The notes under the pieces are model-generated. The model was given only the letters and a program-made list of their open reading frames with translations. It had not been told where the DNA came from and made no database searches. From the human T2T-CHM13v2.0 reference genome, Homo sapiens, in the NCBI RefSeq assembly GCF_009914755.1, contig NC_060937.1: a stretch of 64,000 nt of DNA; one strand, 5' to 3'. The position numbers and the translations under genes were made by a program. The first letter of the stretch is position 1; every line of letters begins with the position of its first letter. Below are positions 30,766 to 44,441 of this stretch, piece after piece.

Positions 30766-33187
30766 GATTGCATTATTCAATCTTTTTTCCCATATATAAT
30801 TTATATAGTTACATAATTACATTCTAGTTTTTGCACATGCCGAGAACTACATATAATTTAGTAGTATGCTGTTTTCACTTATATATCACATATATTTTCC
30901 TATATAGGTATATAATATCTATATTTGTCCTTTTCCATTTGACTGCTGTGTTTCTTAAATTGATATACTGTGATCTAAGCCAGTTACAGATTGGTATGGA
31001 TTTAAATTACTTCCTATTTTCTGTTTTATTAACAATAAACACTGTTATGATATAGTTTTCATTTTTGTTTGTTTGGTTTTTGATCATTTCCTGTGGAAGT
31101 ATTCTCAAAGCTGAAATTACTGAATTAGTGGGAACAAACATGGCTGTCTTTTTAAATGTTTTGTCAGCTTACTCTCCAAAAGGATTACACCAAGAGGTAT
31201 TGCCACTAGCAGTAGTTAAGAGTTTGTCTCACCATGATTACAAATTTTTCAAAATTGGTAGCTTATTCACACTGATTGGAACATATGAATTGTTCAATAT
31301 TTTATAATATGTATATGGGAAAACCCTTATATAGATTAATCAAGAACATATAAGTATGTAATAAATTCCATACTGGATTACATCGATGATCCTTCTGGCT
31401 CTGCATCTTGAAACCTAGTTAAGCTCTTTTATGTTAAATTCACCCGGATAGAGTTTTGGAAAATACTTGCTTTTTATTTCTGAAAGTTTTTGCAAAGGAT
31501 TAGGTTTGGTTTTATGAAAAGTTTCGTCTCTGAAATTATCTGCCTAGACTTTGGACAAGGTGTTCTATTAATTGTCAAATACAATTGAATTGAATCACAT
31601 TTTTCTTTCTAGGTTACTTTATAAGGTGTTCCTACAGGTCATAAAAAAATTGCCCACAAGGAGCCAAATTACTTTATTCATGGATCTAATATTGCTTTAT
31701 AGTATTGCTATATAGGTTTAGATAATTATGTTGTTTCACCTTCAGTAGTCATATTTTAGTTATAGGTAAAGTCATTCCTAGTTAAAATAGTATGTAAAGC
31801 AAACACATTTGAAATCACCAGTATTCGACATGTTTTGCTATTACTTACAAGTAACAATTTACATTATTTTAATGTTGTAAATAGTTGTGGAATTTAGTCA
31901 TTTTCTGTATATTGAATTAATTACTGGCATTAAATAAGTATCTTCTCTCTTTAGTAGCTTAACTCATTTCCTGAATGTACCCATTTGATATCATACTTTT
32001 GATTGGTAAAGTCACATGTAAATATCTTTTTTACTTTTTATAAAATAATGTCATAAAAATATGGAAGATTTTCTGGCAGACATTATTAGCTAACTGATGA
32101 CATTTTCAGTAAGTGCCAAAAAGTAATATATGAATATATAAAACATCAAATATTTAGCATAAACTTTATAAATAGCAGAAATGATTAGTAGAAGAAATTA
32201 CTCACATATTGTCTGCTAAAATAAATATTAAAATTTGACTACATGAAAAAATATAGTTTCTTGAGCTGATCAAATAAATTGATCATAATTCTTCCTCGTT
32301 TTGTTTTCTGTGTCTGTGGAAGTCATAGCGAATCCAGAAAATGTATAGCTTGAATTCTGTTGGGTTTTTTTTTTCTTTATTACTTAGTTTACATACATTT
32401 TTGTCCTCCTTTGAACTTACTTTCTCCAGACTTGGGTATGTCATGGGCATAAATCAAACCACTCAGATCCACTTCTGGAGGTTGATGTTGGTTTTAAAGC
32501 AGGTCCTTGTGGCATCCGTTCCCTTTCCATTGCTAGTCAGTACAGAGCTTACCTTTTATCAACCAGATAAAAGGTTCTGATGCAAATAATTTGACAACCC
32601 ATTAGCTAGAAAACTATTTCCTGATAACTTAAAATCGACCGAAGCCTTCCCCCATATGTAACACTGTTCTGCCATTCCCTTCATTTTTGCAGTCCTCCTT
32701 TGTATAGCCTTGGAAAACAGATCAGCGAGGTAGCAGTGAAAGACATCATGATACCAAATAGAAACAAGGACTTGGAAGACACATTGGACCTCTTAATTTC
32801 CAGGCCACTTGATAGTAGATACAGTTCCTTACAAAAGAACATGGCTTCATCTTGGGAAAAGAGGGTGCTGGAGGTGAGGGAAGATGAATTAGCCACCAAG
32901 ACAGTTCACCTTGCAATTCAATCATTTAGGTCTAACTGGAGAATGATTGCTGCCATGTTCCAGAACAAGAATGAAAGCCTCGTTTCACAATGAAAAGGTG
33001 AATTTATATCTTCTGTGTTAGATTCTAGGAAAAAAGGAAGTAAAAGAAATACAGAACAGTCCTTGATTCACACCTTTCATCCCTCCCCATCTGCACTTTA
33101 TTCTTCCTAACTACAAATCCCATGCTGAAATTCTACTGTACTTGATAAGCATACAATCATATTCAGGGCTCTGCCAGGACAATATTC

Positions 33188-33489
33188 TTTTTTTTTTTTT
33201 TTTCCTTGAGGTGGAGTTTCACTCTGTCACCCAGGCTGGAGTACAGTGGCGTGTTCTTGGCTCACTGCAACCTCCGCCTCCTGGGTTGAAGTGAGTCTCC
33301 TGCCTCAGCCTCCTGAGTAGGTGGGACTACAGGTGTGTGCCACCATGCCTGGCTAATTTTTGTATTTTTAATAGAGACGGGGTTTCACCATGTTAGCCAG
33401 GCTGGTCTCGAATTCCTGACCTCAGGCAAGCTGCCGGCCTCAGCCTCCCAAAGTGCTGAGATTACAGGCATGAGCCACTGTGCCTGGCC
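33188..33489 (-). mobile_element. AluS
   Basis: Full Alu; TSD GACAATATTCTT. Confidence 0.95.
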
Positions 33490-33704
33490 GACAATATTCT
33501 TAAGTATAAAGAACATATAATAGTTGGAAAAATCTATGAGCAGAAATATTTTAGGGGATATTTTGTTATATATTCAGTATTTCTATAAATGTTTTCAAAA
33601 TATACAAAATTTTGAATGACATAATGCTTTCTGTATTTCCTCTTCTCCACTTGGGCAGTTCTGTGAACACAAAACATCCCCTCCTGCTCTGATGTTTCAC
33701 TTTT

Positions 33705-34070
33705 TATATGGTTTTGATTGGTGTCCCCACCCAAATCTCATGTCAAATTGTAATCCCCAATGTTGGAGGTGGGGTCTGGTGCAGGTGATTGGATCATGGG
33801 GGTGGATCCTTCATGAATGGTTTAGCACCGCCTCTTTGGTGCTGTCTCCTGATAGTGTTCTCATGAGATCTTCCTCCTGCTCCCACCATGTAAGACACGC
33901 CAGCTTCCCCTCACTTTCCACCATGATTGTAAGTTGCCTGAGGCCTCCCTGGAAGAATCCACTATGCTTTCTGTAAAGCCTGCAGAACCATGAGCCAATT
34001 AAACCTCTTTTATTTGTAAATTACCCAGTTTCAGGTATTTCTTTATAGCAGTGTGAGAATGGATTAATAA
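33705..34070 (+). mobile_element. MSTA/MST-type MaLR solo LTR
   Basis: GTGTCCCCACCCAAATCTCATG...GGTATTTCTTTATAGCAGTGTGAGAATGGATTAATA. Confidence 0.88.
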
Positions 34071-34660
34071 AACTTTCCAGGAAGATCATTTCATTCCCCA
34101 TTCTTTGTCCCTTTCCATCTGCCCTTTATTCTTTATTGATTCCCCTGGTCTCTGACCACCCACCTCAAATTTTTACCTTATTTATTTTATAATCAATTGT
34201 TCCATGCGTTATCATGCTAAATATAAACCCTTTTTATGATGATAGACATCATGACTAATAACTTCTGTAATAGTGATGAGGATATCTGAAAAACATATAT
34301 TTAAAAAATAGATACACCATAGATATGACATCTATGACTGGTATAAGAAGAAGGTTCTAATTGGAAGCTGATACAGAAGGAGATCAGCTTGTCTCAGAGC
34401 ACTTAATAACCTGAATCTCACCCAATACAAAGCACAAAGGCTGAAGACGTGATAGCCCTTTTAAAGTGAGCTACCAGGGATTAACCACTAAATTTTAGTA
34501 CCATTGCATATGGTATTTGTATATTGTATCTCTGAGTTCTGTGAGCCAAAGAAGAAAAGGTTGATTTTTGGAGCAAGCATCTTTACCATGACTAGGCAAA
34601 ATAAAAAAGAAATAGAAGTCAGAGTTGATAGATGTCCACTATCAAAAACAACTTACCTTC

Positions 34661-35073
<413 letters not shown>

Positions 35074-35676
35074 TTATGGAGACAGAAGAGGTCAAGACTG
35101 TAACTTCTGAGTGAATACTTCTCATGGGGAAAAGTAAGCTGGGAGAAAAGCTAATATTACATTGTTGGTAGCATAACCCACAAACACAATTTAAAAATTC
35201 CTTTGGGACATAAAATATGTTAATGTAGCATATGGAACCAAGATGTAATAACTGTAGTAGTTCCTTCTGGACCAAAATAAATTGCTAACCACATACATAA
35301 TTTATTTTCAGAACCCTCAAGGTATTATGCCTCCAGCATGCACATTCTAAATTAGTTAAACAGAGGAATCAAGAAATGGTCAAAATAAGGGTGAGGGAAG
35401 CAAGAGTTTCTAAAGCTATCACAAGATGTTGTTGTTGTCATCTCTAGAAATTTAAACAGCAGGGTAAACTTTCTCAGAAAGATGTATCATAGGACTATCT
35501 CTAGTCAAAAATGGTTGCAGAATGGGCAGAAATCTCAGAAGCCTACCAAAAAGGTAATTTAAGCAAAGAAAGAAAAAAAGGAAGTGAGTGAAGGAATGAG
35601 AGAGGGAGAGATAAGAATTTCCTACCACCAAGTTAAAAAGAAAACAATAACAAAACTTTAGGAGACTGTAAAGTCA

Positions 35677-36129
<453 letters not shown>

Positions 36130-36265
36130 TTATGATAAAAAGGGCCTAGTCACATTATCCAACGGGGAAAATAAACTTGAAAGAATGTGAATATAAATAC
36201 AAGTAATACAAGTTTTCCAGAAAGAAATGTTAACAGAGAATGAATACCTTTTAAAAGTCATTCCA

Positions 36266-36930
36266 ATGCTGGGAAAACTAGATATCCACATGCAGAAGAA
36301 TGAAATTAGATCATTATCTCACATTATATGCAAAAATCAACTCAAAATAGATTAGAGATTTAAAAGACCTGAAACTGTAAAACTGCTAGAAGAAAATAGT
36401 GGGAAAGCTCTACGTCACTGGTCTGGAGAATGATTTTTTTGGATATGACAACAAAAGCACAGGCAACAAAAGCAAAAATAGACAAACAGGATTACATCGA
36501 ACTATTAACAGAAAACTCTGCATAGCAAAGGAAACAGTCAGCAAAGTAAAGAGCCTATGGAATGGGAGAAAATATTTGCAAACTATACATCTGGTAAGGG
36601 GTTAATATCCAAAATACATAAGGAACATAAACAACTTAGTAGGAAGAAAACAACTCAAACAGAAAGTGAGCAAAGGACCTAAATAGACATTTCTCAAAAG
36701 ATGACATACAAATGGCTAATAGGTATATGAAAGCATGCTCAATGTCACTAATCATCAGGGAAATGCAAATTAAAACCACAATGAGAAATTACAGAAGGTA
36801 TTAGAATGGAGATTATTTAAAAAAAAAGACAAAAGATAACAACTGTTGGCAAGGATATGGAGAAAAGGGAACCCTTATACAGTTAGTGGGAATGTAAATT
36901 AGTACAGCCATTATGGGAAACAGTATAAAT
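36266..36930 (+). mobile_element. L1 (L1MA/PB-type) ORF2 fragment
   Basis: TGCTGGGAAAACTAGATATCCACATGCAGAAGAATGAAA and AAATGCAAATTAAAACCACAATGAG. Confidence 0.88.
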
Positions 36931-36995
36931 TATTTGTTGTGTATATTTTCGAGAAGGTAACTGAATGGGTTAACTTAGTTAAATGTTGAAATACG

Positions 36996-37191
36996 TCTAT
37001 TCAATAGATTAATTTGGTTTTAGAATATTAAAATTCTGGCTTGGTGTTATTCTATTAATCCCACTCTTATGGTGGGAATAAATATGTTATATGTTTCTAT
37101 TCAATAATTTGGTTTTAGAATATTAATATTTTGGCTTGGTGTTATTCTATTAATCCCACTCTTATGTTGGGAATAAATATGTTATATGCTT
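36996..37191. repeat. Tandem duplication, 2 x ~95-100 bp
   Basis: Units start TCTATTCAATA at 36996 and 37096; differ by a 5-bp indel and a few substitutions. Confidence 0.95.
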
Positions 37192-37952
37192 AACAACAAC
37201 AAAGAAACCTAACTTTGACCATGGATTTGATTTCAGGTGCACAGGGCTAAGGGCAGCCTGCAGGTTAGCTCTGTGACTGCATAGTTCTACATTCTTTCTC
37301 TGATCTGCTGCTGCTATTTGATCTCTGAATTTCTCTTTAGTTTTGGTGAAACTTTCTAAAAGACATTCACTGTGGGTCAGATGCAATTTATAAAAATTGT
37401 GTATTCAAGAAGGGAGCCCTGTTTATCTCATTTCTCAGCTGTTTAGGAGATGATTTTAGAGCACTAGAAAGGCACTGGTAGAGAGGCAGGCAGAGGGCAA
37501 ACCTCCAAGGCCATTAAGGTTTTGTTGTAATTCATAGGAAGCCATTAAAGGGTTCCAAACAAAGGATTTAAACAACCTAAATTGAATGTTAAGAAGACAT
37601 TTCTGGCTGCTCTATTTGAGGGTTCTTGGTAAGTGCTAAGAAATGAACAAATGTGGTATAATCATCTATCAGTGTATTTCTCACTGGCCCTGATTTATCC
37701 AAGATTAATTCAATTTCTGGGATTACCAAAGGCATCTCTGATGAAACTCAAGACCCACATTAAATATCCACATTATGGCCCACGATGAACACCTATGCAA
37801 TGAGATTGTCATTATTCAAATTACAGTACAGCTATCCTAGAGGAAAAAGAGGCTTGCTACATGCTAGAATAGCATTAAGTGTGGAGAGAAATGTGAAGGT
37901 TTAAAGGAGAAAGTGCTTCTAAAGCTGATCCAGGAAGGATAAGGAGAATATG

Positions 37953-38231
37953 GGCCGGACGCGGTGGCTCACGCCTGTAATCCTAGCACTTTGGGAGGCC
38001 TAAGGCAGGCAGACTGCCTGAGCTCAGGAGTTTGAGAGCAGCCTGTGCAACACAGTGAAACCCAGTCAATACTAAAATACAAAAAATCAGCTGGGCGTGG
38101 TGGCATGCGCCTGTAGTCCCAGTTACTGGGGAGGCTGAGACAGGAGAATTGCTTGAACCCGGAGACCAAGGTTGCAGTGAGCTGAGATCTCGCCATTGCA
38201 CTCCAGCCTGGGCGACAGAGCAAGACTCCAT

Positions 38232-38262
<31 letters not shown>
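37953..38262 (+). mobile_element. AluS
   Basis: Full Alu; TSD GAGAATATG. Confidence 0.95.
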
Positions 38263-38267
<5 letters not shown>

Positions 38268-38951
38268 TATGAATTGATGAAGAGTGAACAGTAGGTATTC
38301 CAGATGAGGGGAATAGGGAATAATACTCACAAAACTGTAGAAGAGTCAACATGTTACATGAGAATATTGGCTTGATTAGTACTCAGTTCCATCATGGATT
38401 AGTAGTGGAAACTATTGGATGAGTAGTAGAATGAGGGTAATTTAGGGAAGCAGTACTTTTCTCTCGAAGACAACAAATTACAAAGATTTTTGAGCCGAAG
38501 TGAGCCTTTCAAGAGAATACTTACTTCACAGTTTCTAGTTACCCACACACAGTGTAGAGAGAAAAGAAAATGAGGAATATGGGCAGGCTTTATTCTTAGC
38601 AGCAAAAGGCAACCGTGCCACCTCCAGGTGTTTTGTTTGAAATACACCTGCCACCTTTCTACTAGATTACTTCATTCCTTGCTCACAAAACGTCTCATGC
38701 ACTCTACTGCTTAAAGAGTAAAGTCCAAACTCCTCAGCCTTACACTCGAGATTCTCCGAAATTCTTCCCTGACACACCTCTCCAAAGAAGCTTACTTTAA
38801 GGAAACTCATACTCTGGCTAAATGGTCTTTAAATTCTCAAGAAGTCACTGTGTCTTCCATCTACCTTCCCTCACATCTACCTTCCCTCGCTGATGTGTTC
38901 TTTATTCTTGGAATCCCTTAGTTCTTGTTTACTCCTGTAAGTACTACCTAG

Positions 38952-39385
<434 letters not shown>

Positions 39386-39839
39386 AGAAGGCTAATTCTT
39401 ACTGTCTCTAACACAGGTCCGGTACATAACACTTATTTTGGCGGAAGTTACTGGGTTTTTTTAAGGAGTTATGTATCTCTCAAGCAGAAACCTGCTAGTT
39501 CATAAATTCTTAGCATCCCCAACCACTCTTGGCACGCTGCCTTGTATATTATTAGGCTCAACAGCAGTTAGTAATGATGAACACTCCTTAATTCGAAAGC
39601 GTTCACTGAATCTACCCCAACGATAGCTTCTCATTAGCTTCTCCACTCCAGCTGCTATTGGCCAAGCCCTGGATGCCCGAAGCACACAGGTTTAGGGCTT
39701 CTGGCCCTGACACGTAATAGGGAAAGGGGATTGTTTCAATCCAAATGATTATCTATAAAGTCACTCACAATGTAAGTAATAATATGCGAAATTTTAATTT
39801 GTGATGACTAAAAGCACTAAAGTGGTGACTCTTTGGGTA

Positions 39840-40480
39840 GAACGTAAAAACGAACGGTCCTTAACGGCCACAAGGCGCCCCTTCTAGGAGTGGTACCTCC
39901 CAGGATAACGGAAAACAGCCCCAGCCCCATCAGGAGCGAGCTTGGGGGCGGGCTTTAATCTCCCGGCCCACTGTTTGGCTATCTGCAGGGGCTGGCCTCC
40001 AATGATTGGTCGCTGCCGCGAGGGCCGCCGGGACTCGCACTCGGCGGTTGTTCCAGAAGAAAGAGACAGCGATGGCGGCAGAGGCTTCGAAGACTGGGCC
40101 TTCTAGGTCTTCCTACCAGCGAATGGGGAGGAAGAGTCAGCCCTGGGGTGCCGCTGAAATCCAGTGCACCAGGTGTGGAAGGAGGGTATCCAGATCATCC
40201 GGTGAGGAGCCCAAGGGCCCACCTAGCGGGGAGGCAGCCTGGAGGGAGCGCTGGGGGCCAGGTGAGCTGGTGGGCGCGTGAGGCTTGGTCAGCTGCATCC
40301 AATCCTGGTGTCACCGGAAACTGCGTCACAGGCCTCCCGCGAGCTGCACCCGACCTCTAAGAGGGCAGTGCTTGGGTTGGTTAAGGGCAGCACCTGCGCC
40401 TGTCACGGCTTTCTCCAATTACCCATCCAGGCCTCACCGACCCTCCAGCCGGGAGGATGGGGGCCCGGGTGGCTTTAATC
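39840..40480 (+). promoter_or_regulatory. RNF17 CpG-island promoter
   Basis: CpG-rich; GC box 39945-39952; opposed CCAAT boxes CCAATGATTGG 39999-40009; MYB-type TAACGG at 39862 and 39906; no TATA box. Confidence 0.85.
40072..40201 (+). CDS. RNF17: RNF17 coding exon 1
   Basis: ATG in GCGATGG context; [43 protein letters not shown]; donor GTGAGG at 40202 (phase 1). Confidence 0.97.
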
Positions 40481-40865
40481 TACTCCTCACAAGGCAGGTT
40501 AGCGGGTGCATGCAAAAGTAGACATAAAATGTAGCCCATTGTTTTGTCATCAAGAAGGAACGAAACTTGATTTTCTCCTGTAGTTTTTGTTGTAGGAGTA
40601 ACAAGTAGACCATTGTGAAATGGTTTTGGATTTTGTTGTTGTTGTTAGCATTTTGTTGTTTCTGTGGGGGTTTTTTTGTTTGTTTTTTACATTATGGCTC
40701 ACACTGGCCTAAAACACTGTTTGGAAAATGATAGTTTCTTTTGTACACCTTGTGGGGGGTGTGTGTGTGTGTGTGTGTTGGTCTTTATACGTGAGGGGAA
40801 AAATACACTGCACTATTATTGGTCTGTTCACCTACAATCTACTCAAGTGATCACAGGTTCAAGTT

Positions 40866-41168
<303 letters not shown>

Positions 41169-41799
41169 GGTTCAAGTTATTTTAATGTAACTTAAAATAC
41201 CTTAGTGTGCTCTTAATACAGCTGAGTTGTTGAATCTCAATTCCTGGAGCTACTGAAAATTCGTATTACCTGGCGTAACTGTTTAATGTTTATACTTTCA
41301 AAGTTAAGGTCATTCGATCAGTTTTCTCAGTCTTGGCAAGATGGACTCTGTGAGATGTGAGCCTCTGCAGAAAAAGTTGTGATTTCAGTGGAGAACCAAG
41401 TTTCTCCTACTTGGGGTTTAGATCACTGCTACCGTTACGTAGAAAATTTCCATTTTTGAATGAAATTAAAATTACGGAATAAAGTTCTAGAACACAACCT
41501 TTTAAAATGAGTACTTCTTCCATACATTAGTATTATAATGCTTAGAAAAACTAAACTGGAGAAGTAGTGGTTATGTATATAGAATCCTGAAAGTGCTTTT
41601 TAAGTTGTAATTCACCACAAGTTATTTTGAGTTATTCAGTGTCAGAAATTTTATAATAGTTAAGTGTTTTTATTTCTTTGGCAATATTATCCCTGGAAGT
41701 TAAATAGGGTTTTAAAATTTAGCATGGTTGTAAGCAAGTTTCAGGTATTTCAGTTGGATAGGAAACTTGTAAAGTTTTTAAAAAATACAATTAATGCAA

Positions 41800-42090
41800 G
41801 GCCGGGCACAGTGGCTCACGCCTATAGTCCCAGCACTTTGGGAGGCCGAGGTGGGCGGATCACTTGAGGTCGGGAGATCAAGACCAGCCTAGGCAACATG
41901 GTGAAATCCCATCTCTACTAAAAATACAAAAAAATTAGCTAGGCGTGCTGACGCACACCTGTAATCTCAGCTACTCCGGAGGCCGAGGCAGGAGAATAGC
42001 ATGAACTCAGGAGGCAGAGTTGGCAGTGAACCGAGATCGTGGTCCGTCTCAGAATGAGTGAATGAATGGATGAATAAACAAATAAATAAA
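41800..42090 (+). mobile_element. AluS with internal deletion
   Basis: Alu with GAAT/TAAA microsatellite tail; TSD AATTAATGC. Confidence 0.9.
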
Positions 42091-42930
42091 ATTAATGCGA
42101 TTATAATTCAGCAAGAACTCTATAATTATTTTGCTAGTAAAAGATGACTGATTTTTATCTAGTTTTTTTCCCTTTTCAGTTTTCTTGCAAAACTTTAAAA
42201 ATGACAACCTTTTGAAATTATATAGCTAAAACAAATGTTATTTATTATAAACTTCAAATTCTTAGAGCATTTAATCATGATGTTAGGTTTTCAATCAAGT
42301 TACGATATTTCCTTTCATAAATGCTAAGTTTGTGAAAATGTGAGTTGTAGATATGTGATAATAGTAGCATCTGGCTTCTGGCCTTGCCAGTGTCTTAAAT
42401 AATTCTAACAGCACGGTCTTGCCAGTGTCTCATTTTGGCCCTTCCTGACCTCTTCACAGGATGGGAAATATAAAGTAGTAGAGGGCAGTATGATCAATCA
42501 GAAAGAATGTTAGACTTGGAAACAGAGCTAGATAGGAGTCTGGATTATACCATTTAGTTAACCAAATCTCCAAAATGCTATTTCATCTCCAGCCCACTTA
42601 ACTGTGATATTTACAAATAACAAATAAAATGTGTCAGAGCACTTTGTGTAAGATATGGCAGATTCAAAGTATTCTAGGTACAAAATAGCCATCTGAATTA
42701 ATGCAAATGCTATTACATAGCTCTTCTTGGTTTTTCTTCTTGATTTTTCTCCCTCCTGACCTGAATAGTTGGTTACTCCTGATTTATATTCAATAAGTCA
42801 ACCATTTCAAACTGTAGTAGGTATCTTTTCCTGTACAGTAGGATCCTCTTTGAATTTCCCTTGTATCAGTATTGCCCATTCAACATTAACACACTGTGGG
42901 CAGTTTAATCACAATAGAATTTCTTCAGTA

Positions 42931-43110
42931 AAATTAGCCGGGTGTGTTGGGACACACCTATAGTCCCAGCTACTTGGGAGGCTGAGGTAGGAGGATCACT
43001 TGAGCCCAAGAGGTGGAGGCTGCAGTGAGCTGGTGCCACTACACTCCAGCTTGGGCAACAGAGCAAGACCCTGTCTCAATAATCATCATCATCATCATCA
43101 AAATAATAAT
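42931..43110 (+). mobile_element. AluJ right arm with (ATC)n tail
   Basis: Right monomer; TSD AGAATTTC(T/A)TCA(G/A)TA at 42916 and 43113. Confidence 0.9.
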
Positions 43111-43128
43111 TAAGAATTTCATCAATAG

Positions 43129-43223
43129 GTCACCATTGTGAACTTCAATGTGGACATGCTTTTTGTGAACTATGCTTGTTAATGACTGAAGAATGCACCA
43201 CAATTATATGCCCTGATTGTGAG
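43129..43223 (+). CDS. RNF17: RNF17 coding exon 2 (RING finger)
   Basis: AG/GT boundaries; [32 protein letters not shown] completes a C3HC4 RING with exon 1; cumulative 225 nt in frame. Confidence 0.97.
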
Positions 43224-43324
43224 GTAAGTGTTATAATTTTTCAGATGAAACATATCACAACCTAATGTTAATGGTAAAAATACTACAGTAGTAAAACGTA
43301 CTTCTAGTTAGAAACTAAAAAGTT

Positions 43325-43621
<297 letters not shown>

Positions 43622-44107
43622 CTAAAATCTTGCATTTTTGCTGCTGAATCTTTAAGCAAAGAAACCTAACAAAAGATAAAACTTTTTCTATCCATTTTAT
43701 AATTGTGTAAAGTGATCAGGAAAAATAAAAGGCGCTAAAGTCATACACTTATCGGCCTACATATTTTGATTCTTTGGTGACTTCTGTGGAAAATTATGTC
43801 TTTTGTTTATTTTAATGGTGTATATTCCTTTAAAAACCCTAGCCCCTGTTTTACCCACCAATCCATGCAACCACATTTTGAACTCCCCCCCTGCCCCTCA
43901 ACCTTTGTGTGTCATCAAATGTACATTTGGGAGATGCCATTCTACAACAAGGTAGAGAAGCAAAACTACTGCCTAAAATTTTTACTTCAGAAGCCATTAA
44001 GACTGAAATCTTTCCATAAGAATGAGAACAAATTAAGGATGTAAAATAAAATTTACTTGATATCCTATTCATTTAATACAAATATAAGTGTAGTTCAGCT
44101 TATATAA

Positions 44108-44441
<334 letters not shown>

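Noticed and set aside
32700-32993. 97-aa ORF in a non-repeat-looking island
   Set aside because: TTG start and no family recognised; one minus frame faintly resembles an ancient CR1/L3 ORF2, too weak to call
36996-37191. Direct repeats as a CRISPR-like array
   Set aside because: Only two units, no spacers, human context
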